A stretch of 59,386 nt of DNA from positions 3,990,809 through 4,050,194 of the forward strand of contig NC_057758.1 of the NCBI RefSeq assembly GCF_004010195.1. Reading direction: 5' to 3'. Shown in pieces: positions 12,001 to 23,289 of the stretch. How positions within the stretch are numbered: position 1 is the stretch's first letter; the number at the start of each line of letters is the position of its first letter. Under the pieces are notes generated by a model, which saw only the letters and a list, made by a program, of their open reading frames with translations, ran no database searches and was not told where the DNA came from. This DNA comes from Chiloscyllium plagiosum. Lineage: Eukaryota. A program made the translations under genes and the position numbers.

Positions 12001-12684
12001 ATGTAAACCTGTTTGCTGTCCACCAGCAAATCCTAAACGCTCCAGGTCACAGCAAGCTAGTGCATGCTTAATGTGGTGCATGGTCTTCCTTAATATTACC
12101 ATGTTATAGTTTACCGCAAGCGGAATGTCAGACATGGGGACAGTGTGAGACACAGAGTGGAGCACAGAAACAAGCATAGAGAGAGAGAAGGACTGGGGGG
12201 TAGAAGCAACTAGCAAGGATTGAAAGGGAGGAATGTGAGGACTCACAGAGCTGAATAGCTCCCTGAATAAAATCACAACATTAAATTTTAAGTACAACGT
12301 AATTTTCCAAACTTTTAAACTTGGCAAATGTAAGTATCACTGAAAAATTCTCAGGCCTTTACAGATTTTTAAAAATCACTGATGCGACGAAAGTCCAGGT
12401 CTCTCTGTCCATACTCCAGTTTTAACAATTTATCATTCAGTTTATTCTGCCACTTCTCAGACCTTCATGGGTAACGAATCACTGCAACTTTCTCAGTGTT
12501 TTAGTGAGCTGCGGTGTATCTGTCCATTTCATGCCTGCCAATATCTCCTTGAATCTACTCACATGCCATTAATCCTGCTACCCTTGTGAATCAGTCCAGG
12601 GAAAGAGGGCAGCTGCAGCAAGCAATTCCCAAGGCAAATGACACATGAACATTTACTGCAGTCGGATTGGAGCTCAGGAGTAGG

Positions 12685-14262
12685 GAATGTTTTGAGGAAG
12701 TGAAAAGGTTGATTGATGAGGGAAGGGCTGTCGATGTCATATACGTGGACCTCAGTAAGTCATTTGAGAAGGGTCGCCATGTTAGATTAATGGAGGAAGT
12801 TGAAGTCGCATGGGTTCCAGGGCGTACTGGCTGTATATGTAGAGATCTGGCTGAGCAACAGGATACAGAAAATAGTGGAAGGTAGATTCTCAAAATGGAG
12901 AACTGTGAACAGTGATGTTTCACAGGGATCCGTGTTGGGACTACTATTCTCTGTGGTACAGAAAAGTGATCTGGATGAAGTTATAGGTGATATGATTAGC
13001 AAGTTTGCAGCTGGCACTACTTCAGTGGAGTGGAAGATCGTGAAGGGGACTGTCAGGGATCGTAACAGAATACAGACAGAGGGAAGAGTTCGGTGGAGAT
13101 ATAGCAGATGGAGTTCAATCCGGGCAACTGTGACGTGATGTAATTTGAAAGATCCAATTCAAGAATGATTAATACGTCAAATGGAAACTTCCTAGTGAAA
13201 ATTGATGCACCGAAATATCTGGGTGTTTAGGTACTTTATACCCTGAAGGTGGTAATGCTGATTGATAGAGGACAGCACAGTGGCTCAGTGCTTCGCACTG
13301 CAGTCTCACAGCGCTCGGGACCTGGGTTCTACTCCAGCCTCAGACAACTGTCTGTGGGGGGTTTGCACATTCTCCCCTTGTCTGCATGGGTTTGCTGCGG
13401 GTGTTCCGGTTTCCTCCTACAATCTAAATGAGTGTAGGTTAGGTAAATTGACAATGATAAATTGCCCAAAGTCCTCATGTAGGTTACGTGTATTAGACAG
13501 CTTAAGGGTGGAGGAGAAGAATGGCGGAATGTGTGTGGATGTGTTACTCTTCGAAGGATCAGTGTGGACTTCTTGGGCCAAAGGACTTGTTTATTCACTG
13601 CAGGGATTCTATGATTCTCGAGTGGTCAAGGAAGCAAATGGCATGCTCCCCTTCAGCGGATGGTGTATTGAGTGCAAGTGTTGGGAGGTCATGCTAAAGT
13701 TGTACAAGACATTCGTGGTTCCACATTTAGAATACCGCATAAATTTCTGATCACAACATTTCCAAAAGGATGTGGTTAGGTTTGGAGAGGGTGCAGAGGA
13801 GGTTCACTATTATGTTGCCTTGGATGAAGAGCGCGAGAGATGAAGAGATGTTGAGTAGATTAGGACTATTTTGATGAGCGAGATGGAGAGGGACCTGATT
13901 GATGTCTGAAAAAACATGTGCGCTATCGACACAGTTGCTAGCAAGATTTTAACCAGTGTGCTGGAGTCAATTACAAGGGTTACGATTTTAAAATGAGGGG
14001 GGAAAGCGCAAGGGAGATACACATGTAATTTTCTTTACACAGAGCGTGGTGGCTGGATGGAGCAAGTTGCTAGTGGAGGTGGTAGAGGTAGGCACGATAA
14101 CATTGTTTAATGAGTATATCGACAGATACATGAATGGGGAGGGAGCAAAGGGATACAGATCCTAGGAAAATAGGTGACAGGTTTAAATAGAGGATCTGGA
14201 TTGGTTTTGGCTTGGGGGGGGGGGCAAAGGGTGTGTTTCTCTGGAATAATTTTATTTGTTCT
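12685..14262 (+). mobile_element. CR1 LINE fragment interrupted by a SINE
   Basis: FEEV...IDEGRAVDVIYVDLSKSFEK, VSQGSVLGLLFS, ISKFAAGT, then LYKTFVVPHLEY after the SINE, and a CR1-type 3' end. Confidence 0.9.
13270..13618 (+). mobile_element. HE1-like V-SINE nested in CR1
   Basis: A-box-like GTGGCTCAGTG, B-box-like GGTTCTACTCC, V-domain and ATTCTATGATTCT tail. The CR1 sequence resumes on both sides; the mirrored copy has a TAGAG duplication at 49481-49485 and 49833-49837. Confidence 0.85.
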
Positions 14263-14299
14263 TTGCTATACTACAGTGATGCAGCAGCCTTGGTGAGTC

Positions 14300-14825
14300 C
14301 AGACAATGATGATTCTGTGCAGTTTGTGTATCGCGATCTAACGGATGGTGTGCTTGCTGCGGAGTGAGTACAACGGAAATTCATTGGGCTGATTGGAGGC
14401 TGTTAGAACTGTCACATTAAAAGAGGCTGGTTCATCTGGGGATGCATTGAGAAAAATTGGAGGCCGGGGTGCTGATTAAAACGTCTCCAATTCTAACGGC
14501 TGAAGAACAGACTTGTTGTAGCGAAGATGTTGCCCGTGTAGGGCAGTCACAAACCAAAGATCACGGACTCAGGATTTGGGTTGTGGCATTTTGAACGGAG
14601 GTGAAGAGAACTTTCATCACTCTGACGTTGGTCAACCTGTGGAATTCTTAACCACTGAAGGCTGTGACCTCAAGTCACTGCATATAATCAGGAAAGAGAA
14701 AGATAATTGTTTTAGAGATAAAAGGCATCACGGGTATTGAGAGAAAATGGGAATATGATATCGGGGCAGAGGATCAGCCATAAGCAGAATGAATGGGTAT
14801 ATTCCCGTTCCTGCTTTCTCTGCTC
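14300..14825 (+). mobile_element. Old CR1 LINE 3' fragment
   Basis: Decayed ..VQRKFIGLI.., SQTKDHGLRI and EVKRTFITLTLVNLWNS segments; CR1 3'UTR GAGGATCAGCCAT. Confidence 0.7.
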
Positions 14826-15399
14826 CTGTCAGTTTAAATGCTCCTGAAAAGTATTTTTGGTTGTATTGGGAAATGATAGCAGTTTTCATGCCAACATTTC
14901 TGCATCTTGAAAATGTAGGGGTTTTTGCAGAGGTTGTTTACTTTTGGGCTGAGAATGAAAACACTCCACAGGATTTGTGGTTTTGAGCTAGTGACGGAAG
15001 AAAATAAGAACGAGGAAAGTTCCAATTGAGGATGATGTGCTACGTGCAAACACTTTTGCATGTGGCGATGTTCTATTATGAAGATGTGGATATACTGTAC
15101 CAGGGTAGCTGGTTGCCTGGAGATAATAAAAGATTCGAAATTTGTCAATCAGTTGAAATTATCCATCAGAAAGAAACACATTCCAGACAAGTTTGTAGTT
15201 AGTATATTGACAATCTTAAAAACCAATGACACAATCCGATGCTTTTGGAATATAAGACAAGAGAAATTTGAGCAGTTGGGAAGAGAACAGCCATATCACC
15301 AGCTTGCAGAGATTGCTCAGAAATAGATCTCTTAAAGATAACTTTATCAGTCTGTAACCTGTGAAACATGATGCCTTAGAAACGAAAATAAGACACAGG

Positions 15400-15675
15400 A
15401 ATATCCGAATGCAAGATTCGACACCTGGCTTGTTTTGAAAACTTGATTGTTTTGTCAATTTTAATGTGGTGGTTTTATTAGACTCCTACTGTATAAGGGG
15501 AAGGTAAAGGATAAGTTAGAGGAAGGAGTTGTAAATAATAGTTAGTTAGTTATTCTCTTAATTCTGAATTCAAATAGTTCCTGAACTCTCGAATTTTCAC
15601 AGATTACTGCACGGGATAAATCTTTCTGCGTTGTGGGCTTAATATAAGTAGGATCGTTTACCCCAGGTTTTCACA
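15400..15675 (+). mobile_element. Possible partial solo LTR
   Basis: AT-rich LTR-like composition (TAGTTAGTTAG, TATAA) ending in GTTTACCCCAGGTTTTCACA; pattern resemblance only. Confidence 0.35.
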
Positions 15676-16289
15676 GATCACATGTAACTTCTGCACTTTG
15701 TTTCGAGCTGTTGGAGGTTGAGAGCCTGTAATGCACTGTTTAACTTGGTTGTTGTTTCTAATTATGGAAGATGAAGTTCCTGTATTCTTTAGTGAGTATG
15801 CTCACGTTTCCGCTGTTTTAATGACTGAAAGAATCCTTTTTCTAGGGACGAAGCAGGGATATAGAAAAAAACAAAATCCCCCCAGTGTGAATTATGCAAT
15901 GTTTCTGCAGAATGGAGAACTGAGTGAATTTCTTTTCCATACTCCAAGTAGCCAGATGGTTTCCACCTAATATTAACTTACTGGCATCATAAAACAGTGA
16001 AATATTGACAGACTTTGCTCTCTCCAGTGGCATCATCGCGCTGGTATTTCTACAGGGCAGACAGGTCAGGGATCCCTTTCCCAAATTGCAAGCAGATTAA
16101 TCGTCTTACGGGACTGTAATTAAATACCAGTGTTGACAGGGAATAGAATCTCTTCACATAGTCCTCACATCTCTACAGTTGCTGCATGCTATTGGTGTTC
16201 TTAGATTTTTGGAAGTTAACGATCAGCTAAAGCGTCATCCACCCATTGTTTTTCTGAAGTGGTTACAATGGGAGAATGGGAGAGAATTA

Positions 16290-16870
16290 AAAGACCATAA
16301 GACATATGAGCAGAAATTATGCCTTTATCCTTATCGAGTCTGTTCCACTACTCGAACATGGCTGATAGGTTTATCCAGCCCATTCTCCCGCTCTCACCCG
16401 AAAACACTTGATCCCCTTGACACAGAAGAACTTAACTGTATCCGTCTTAAATATACTCAGTGACCTGCCGTCCACACCATTTTGTGGCAACGAATTCCAT
16501 AGATTCACCAGTCTCTGGTTAAAGAGGTTTCTCCTTCTGTTATAAAACGTTTTCCAGTTACTCTAAAATTGAGTCCTCGGGTCGTCGTCTGTCTAATCAA
16601 TGGAAACATCTTCTAAGATCTGCTCTTTTCAGACCATGCAGTGTTTTGCATGTTTCAGTTAGATATCCCCTCATTCTTCTGAACTCCATCGAGTGTATAA
16701 CCGGAGTCCTCAATCGTCCCTCATATGATAAGCTGCACATTTCTGGTACCATTCTTGTGAACTTCCTCTGAACATGGTCCAGAGCCAATGCATCCTTCCA
16801 GAGAAATGGTCTACAAAACTGTGCACTATAATCCAAATGTGGACTAACCATGGACGTACAAAGCCTGTCT
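16290..16870 (-). mobile_element. CR1 LINE 3' fragment
   Basis: LVSPHLDYSAQF.RPFL.KDALALDHVQRKFTRMVPEM.SLSYEGRL on the minus strand; TCTTATGG-type tail at 16290. Confidence 0.9.
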
Positions 16871-17249
16871 CCATAAAAGCAGCTCCATTGCTTTGAGGGT
16901 CTTTTTCAGTGCCAGAGATAATTTCCTCACTTTCTTTAAGCAGTATTTATCTTTTTGTGAGATTTTGTATTGTATTATTGGAGCAAAACAAAAAACAAAA
17001 ACGATGGTCTTGTAAACAAGACAAATTTGAGAAAATGCAGAAGACGAAGTGGGAGGTCTGTCGGTGAATGGGTCTGTCTGCAAATCATTTCCTTCGATCA
17101 TCCTGTACAAACAAGTAATAAGTATCAATTAGAAATTCAGTTCAGGGTATTCTAGTTTGCGGAAAATATTGTTGTTCTCTGCTTTCCCGATTATTTGCAT
17201 TTTAGAAAGGGAAATCAGAGCGGGACTGATACTCTTAATGGTCACGTGC

Positions 17250-17700
17250 TGGGGAGGATTACAGAACAAAGAGACCTTGGAAGTGCAGGTTCACTGTTCC
17301 TTGAAAGGGGAGTCACAGATAGAGAGGATAATGAAGAAGCTGATTTGCGTGCTTTCCTTTATTGGACATAGCATTGAGTATACGACGTGGGATGTCATGT
17401 TGCTGCTGTACAGGACATTGTTTAAGCCACATTTGGAATATTGTGTGAAATTCGGAGATCCCTTGCATTGACAGAAAATATTGACAAGGATGTTTCCAGG
17501 GTTGTACGATTTGAGCAATGTGGAGATGTTGAAAAGTTTGATGCTGTTTTCGTGGAATTTTGAAGGCTGACGGTAATCTTGGAGATGTTTACAAAGGCAA
17601 AAGGGACATGGCTAAGATATTTTCTGGGGGAGTCCAGAAGGAGAGAGCATTGGTACAGGGTGGGAGGAGAAAGATATAAAAGGAACTAAGGAACAACCTT
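17250..17700 (+). mobile_element. CR1 LINE fragment, truncated at 17700 by a left-arm deletion
   Basis: LEVQVHCSLK..., LYRTLFKPHLEYCVKF; the mirrored copy continues into 44960-45091. Confidence 0.85.
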
Positions 17701-18074
17701 AAAGACAAACACAACACTACAGTTTGTTTTTTTCTCCACAGCCATTTATATGTATATTGTCTTTTCCTGTTCTTCCTATCTCAGTAAAACACTGCACTGG
17801 TCTTACTTTACATCCAAATTGTCACTTACTCCTGCCAAGATGGTTTCTAACATGGTTTGAAGGTGAATTATTCAGAAAGACACCAGCGGTGGTACGAAAC
17901 CAATCACCTTCGCAGAAAGTACACTGTTAACATAGTTTCTCATAGGGCTTGGCGATGTTAGCATGGTGACAGATTCCACACATGTTTATGATATGTTCAG
18001 ACACAAAAGAAGGCTGTCCTTCATATCCTTTTCTGAAACCTTCTATTCTCACGTTAAAAAAGCCCCACCTTTTT

Positions 18075-18952
18075 TGAAATAGTGCCAAAAGACTGGATAA
18101 TTGGAAATGTCGCCCCCTTGTTCAACATGTGTTGTAGAGACAACCTTGGTAATTATTGAGCAGTGAGCCGTCCGTCTCTTGTATGTTACATTTTGGAAAA
18201 TATTATAAGAGACAATTTTTACAATCATCAAGAAAGCAACACCACGGTTTTACGAACGGTGGGTCGTGCCTCACAAACCTTGTTGAAATCTTTGAGAAGG
18301 TAGCCGAGTCGTTTGATGAGAGTAAAATGGTGGGTGTGGTGTATATGGTTTTCAATAAAGCGTTTGTTAAGGTTTCATATCGTAGGCTATTGTGGAAATA
18401 TAGAGGCACGGGAATGAGGAATATCTACTGGTTTAGAACAGAAATTGACGAATTGAAAGAAGTCCGACGGTTGTGGCTCATGGGAAACGTGCATCCTGGA
18501 ATTCAGTTAATAGTGGTGTACCGCAAGGATCTGTTTTGGAGTCACTGCTGCTTGTCATTTTTATAAATCATCTGGATGAGTGCACAGAATGATGGGTTAG
18601 TAAATCTGTGAATGATACTAAGGCTGGTGGAGTTCTGGACAGTGGCAAAGGATGTCGCAGGCTACAGAGGGACGTAGGTAAGTTGCAGAGTTGTGTTGGG
18701 AGGTGGAAAATGGAGTTTGATGCGAACACGTGTGAGGACATTCACGTTGGAATGAGTAACAAGAATACAGAGTACGGGCAAACTGGCAATATTTTTGGCA
18801 GTGTGGATGAGCAGAGAGATCTTGACGTCCATGAACATAAATCCCTGACCGTTGTTACTCAGTTTGATAGGGTTGTTAAGATGGTGTGCAGTGTGTTTGA
18901 TTTATTGGAAGAGGGATTGAGTTTCGGAGCCACGAGGTTCACTTGCAACTGT
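18075..18952 (+). mobile_element. CR1 LINE ORF2 fragment (RT)
   Basis: VPKDWIIGNVAPLF, HHGFTNGGSCLTNLVEIFE, VYMVFNKAFVKV, VDEQRDLDVH. Confidence 0.9.
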
Positions 18953-19908
18953 TAAAAGAAAATCTCTGGTACATAATGAATACTGATCAGAACATTATTT
19001 CAAATAGATGAAGTCATTTAAGGCACAACTGGCACCTGCAATAAGATAGTTCGTCTTGGTATTGAATGAATTATTGAGCATCAATGAATTCTAAAGGCCC
19101 GACTCCACTGTACAATTGGAGAAGAGACATCAACAGCGGTTCAGGCAAAATGCGGACAGAAGCACGAGCACCATCTGAACTAAAGGTAGGATCAACACAC
19201 ACAGCCGGCTGGTGGGGAAACGAGAAGTGAACAACATTTATCACATCGCTTCGAATATGTTATGGAGATTTTGAAGAAGACACAAGAAATTGGCAAAGTA
19301 AAGATCAGATAGACGGAACAACGATTATGAGTACACGGAAGATGGTGCATTGTGTGAAATGACGCCTGATGTAAAACGCGAACAAAAAAGCGAGAGAAGA
19401 TGAAAAATGATTTTCAGAAATACTATACCCAATGCGAGAAAAACAAATCTTTGTTAAGAACATTGAAATCTTTTCAAGACAAATTATGTAGCCACCGTCT
19501 GTATTGAGACTTGTTGAATTTTCTTGCATTCGCTGAAATGTTCAAAAGCAAGCTGTTTGTACAAGGGCGGAGGCTCAGCTGTGCCACTTTGGGTATCGCA
19601 GCACAGCAAGTTACGGCGGCATCGGTCGAATCCACCTGAGAAACTCAACCACAAAGTGCTGTCGTCGGTGATCAGTGCGGTGAAAACAGGCAATTTATAA
19701 AGTCAACTGGTGACGCGCCATTTCTTCTTATATGGATCACATTTACTGTTGCCAGTCCAGGAAACGAATGTCTTCATTAGGGTTAATGCTCAGTGGTAAT
19801 CCACATTGCAACTGGCTGATATGTATAAAACACTGTGTTAAGGAGAAAACGTGAAGTGATTCAGCACCATGCCCTTATATCTTATTAACAATGTTGCATT
19901 ATCTGTAA

Positions 19909-20127
19909 GGAGAAATTGAGGTCTGCAGATGCTGGAGATCAAAGTTGAAACTTTATTGCTGGAACAGCACAGCAGGTCAGGCAGCATCCAGGGAACAGGA
20001 GATTCGATGTTTCGGGCACAGGCCCTTCTTCTCATTCCTGAAGAAGGGCCTGTGCCCGAAACGTCGAATCTCCTGTTCCCTGGATGCTGCCTGACCTGCT
20101 GTGCTGTTCCAGCAATAAAGTTTCAAC
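19909..20127 (+). mobile_element. Short non-coding palindromic Penelope-related element with a 14-bp TSD, left arm only
   Basis: TGCATTATCTGTAA at 19895-19908 and 20128-20141. 88-bp inverted arms 19944-20031 and 20040-20127 with one mismatch and an 8-nt loop. The mirrored site near 41440-41454 has a single copy of the target. Confidence 0.9.
20034..20069 (+). ncRNA. Minimal type I hammerhead ribozyme motif
   Basis: ATTC-CTGAAGA-A-GGGC-CTGT-GCCC-GAAA-C-GTC-GAAT: helix I ATTC/GAAT, CUGANGA box, helix II GGGC/GCCC, GAAA box and GUC triplet (predicted cut after 20065). Confidence 0.75.
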
Positions 20128-20224
20128 TGCATTATCTGTAAACAGAGGAACAGCTATGTTCGCTGTCTGTGTACCAATAATTGGAATGTTGAAATTAAAA
20201 TTTCTCAGAGAATGGAATAATATA

Positions 20225-20990
20225 GTGGTACTGTTCGTCGAGCTGTGAATTTGTGTTGCAGATGTTTCGTTCCCTGTCTAGGTAGCATCCTCAGTGCTTG
20301 GGAGCCTCCTGTGAAGCGCTTCTGTGATGTTTTTTTCCGGCACTTATCGTGATTTGTATCTGCAGCTTCCGGTTGTCAGTTCCAGCTGGACTCTGCAATG
20401 GCCGGTATATTGGGTCCAGGTCGATGTGCGTATTGATTGAATCTGTGGATGAGTACCATGCTTCTAGGAATTCTCTGGCTGTTCTCTGTTTGGCTTGACC
20501 TACAATAGTAGTGTTGGCCCAGTCGAACTCATATTGCTTGTCATCTGAGTGTGTGGCTACTAAGGATAGCTGGTCATGTCGTTTCGTGGCTAGTTGGTGT
20601 TCATGGTTACGGATCGTGAGCTGTCTTCCTGTTTGTCCTATGCAGAGTTTTTTGCAGTCATTGCATTGGGTTTTGTACACTATAATGATTTTGCTCATGC
20701 TGGGTATCGTATCCTTCGTCCTGGTGAGTTGTTGTCTGAGAGTGGCTTTTTGTTTATGAGTGGTTATGAGTCCTAGTGGTTGCAGTTGTCTGGTTGTCAG
20801 TTCAGAAATGTTTTTAATGCATGGTACTGTGGCTAGTCCTTTGGGTTGTGGCATGTCCTCATTCCGTTGTCTTTCCCTTTGGCATCTGTTCATGGAATTG
20901 CGGGGGCATCCGTTTTTGGCGAATACATTGTAGATGTGTTCTTATTCCTAGTTTGGCAGTTCTGGTGTACTGCAGTGTGTTGTGGCCCTT
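20225..20990 (-). mobile_element. Penelope-like element 3' fragment (GIY-YIG endonuclease and 3' pLTR)
   Basis: ORF 20291..20893: IIVYKTQCNDCKKLCIGQTGRQLTIRNHEH...REFLEAWYS, a decayed PLE GIY-YIG domain. Confidence 0.9.
20258..20297 (-). ncRNA. Penelope-associated minimal hammerhead motif (AUC variant)
   Basis: Minus strand GCA-CTGAGGA-T-GCTACCT-AGAC-AGGGAAC-GAAAC-ATC-TGC; helix II is imperfect. Confidence 0.55.
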
Positions 20991-23289
20991 CAGTGAATTC
21001 TTGCAGGCTCTGCCCACCTCCCTTTCCCATTGATGCAAAACTGCTCATAAAATAACAGTGCTAATTCGTTTTTATATGACTCTCATAAAGATATAGAACA
21101 CTGCCATCTGCATTTGCATATTTCTTTGTTTTAAGAAATGGTCTGCTTAAATTAATCAAACAATATAACATTTAAAATCCAAAAACAAATTACAAGATAT
21201 AATTTCGAAAGAGTGAATCAACTGAGATATCATTTGATCAAAATCCAGTGAATGCAGTTATATGGGGTGCAATACTAGTTTTGTCCAGAATAAGTCCAGT
21301 TCAATGTCTTTGTGCGTCTCAGAAAAGCAGTGGTACTCGCTGGAATGCAACGTTGTGCTTTGGCTAAGTTTGGCACAACGGGTCGTCTGATTTATCAACT
21401 TTGGCTGAAAAGAAACGTTTTGTTGGAAATGCCTATGTGTCTGCTGCATTTATTTTACAGCAGCAGAACCTTACCAATCAGCAACAACCAAAGAACTGGG
21501 GATGTGGAGATGTGAAAGAAAGCAGAATGTGCTGGAGGAACTCTGCATATCTGCCAAATTCTGTGGAGCGAAAGCAAATTCAACATTTCAAGTCCATTAA
21601 TCCTTTATTAGAAAATTGAGATGGATACCATTGGTAACAGAAAATATCAGGAACATCATTGGATTTAATACTGAATTTTTAACACTTCTGAAAATTATGC
21701 ACTTCGCTACCTCAGCTTTGTTTCAACAGAGCGTCTTTGTTTCCCAGAACTCACATCTTAACCCAAGCACATCAATTCAATGTCCACCTGGACAGTATGA
21801 AGCACTGCATGGCGTGAAGAAGAAGGTTGCTTGATTGGACACATTAATCACCTTTAGCAAACATTTGACAATCTTTATCTTTCAAAGATCCTTGCCTAAA
21901 TGTACTTCGTCGGAGTGGAAATTCTCCAAAAATTCCAATTATAATAAGCACATGCTAACCTAAAAAAAAACACACTCAGTATAATGAGGTATGCCTGCCT
22001 GTCTTTCAGGAAATAAAAATCACATCTGGCCTCCCGTCCTTTGTGACTCTAGAAATCATGTTAAACATCCCAAGCAGCCTTCAGTACACAGTAACGTGGA
22101 AGAAACATTGATATCAATTTTCTTCACTCGGGATAAACATATTTACATTTCTTTTATCCCTTTAGTGTATGATACTCAATTTACCAGTGAAGGAATCTGC
22201 AGTTGCGACGATTAGGAGCGTCGTTCGCCCAGCATGTTTTTGTATGAAAATAAACTGGCTCCTCTTACAGTTGTTATTTTTCGAGTAGACATTGATAAAA
22301 GTTGAGAAAGATTCTGATTATTTGCTCGTTAGCTCGACCTTTAAAGAAACTGGATATGAGATGCAATAAACATGATCGGACCTGCAATTAACCAAATTAT
22401 TTCACGTTTGTTTATTCTATTGACTAATGAATGGGTGATGGTACAAAGTCAATTTGTTCTCCGTCTAAGAGATTGGACAGACTGGACATCATATTGTCTC
22501 TCTATCAGGATCAATCAGGCAGGTGGAAAAATTGAAAGAAACACAGGACCACTGCCTGCACAACTTGGGTGACAATTATAAGACAATTTGACGTGAAGTT
22601 AATTTGATTTCATCTATAATACGATTTTGAAACCCTGAAGGCATCTCGTACATTATGAATCCATTGTCTGCAGGTCGAACGAAGCCTCCAAAACAGTAGC
22701 TGCAAGCGAGACTTGAAAGACAGTTTTTAAAGCAGTGTGAGCGCGTCTTAGAACCGTGTGTCAAAGCGGGTGCAATTATGCATTGAACCATCTATCAAGT
22801 GCAGATGTGAAATGTTCAAACTGTTCCATTTATTTTCCGTTTGAAGGTCCAAAGAGGAACAGTTTTAAGTGAAGCTTACTTCAAGGTCATAACCGCTGAT
22901 AAGTTTCTGGAGCAGGACATGGAACTTCGTCCTTCAGTTCAGGAGATAATTGAAAAATGTAGAGCTGTCCCGTTTAGTTTCACAAGCACAGGTGAATGCC
23001 ATTAGTTCTCCTTCTCTTCTCACTCGATTTAATTTAATTTGATTCGAATATAATTGTCTTAATTATTATCTGATTATTGTCAGATGAACCGATATACCGT
23101 TGAAATGTAATGTTTTGGGTGCAAACCAAGCAAATCATACCTTACATCATGGAAATAGAACAGAATACAGAATATAGCGTTATAGATATTGATGGATTGA
23201 TTGCTAACACATGTACCGAGGTACAGTGATAAGGGTTGCTTTGCGAGCAATACAGGCAGATCATGCCAAACATCGTGCATCAGGTTGGC

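Larger units (their letters stand above)
7281..22991 (+). pseudogene. Unidentified multi-exon pseudogene (about ten exon-like blocks, possible ankyrin repeat)
   Basis: Non-repeat blocks, most with polypyrimidine-AG acceptors and one dominant protein-like frame broken by scattered stops: ~7281-7600, 8215-8667, ~10515-10906, ~14860-15337, ~15705-16063, 17785-~18060, 19023-19709, 21258-~21425, 22166-~22405, 22674-~22769, and 22847-22991 (VQRGTVLSEAYFKVITADKFLEQDMELRPSVQEIIEKCRAVPFSFTST, AG/GT bounded). The protein was not recognised. Confidence 0.55.

Noticed and set aside
19995..20040. Second hammerhead on the minus strand of the hairpin element
   Set aside because: It reads ATGAGAAGAAGGGC...GAAACATC, so the CTGANGA box is disrupted.
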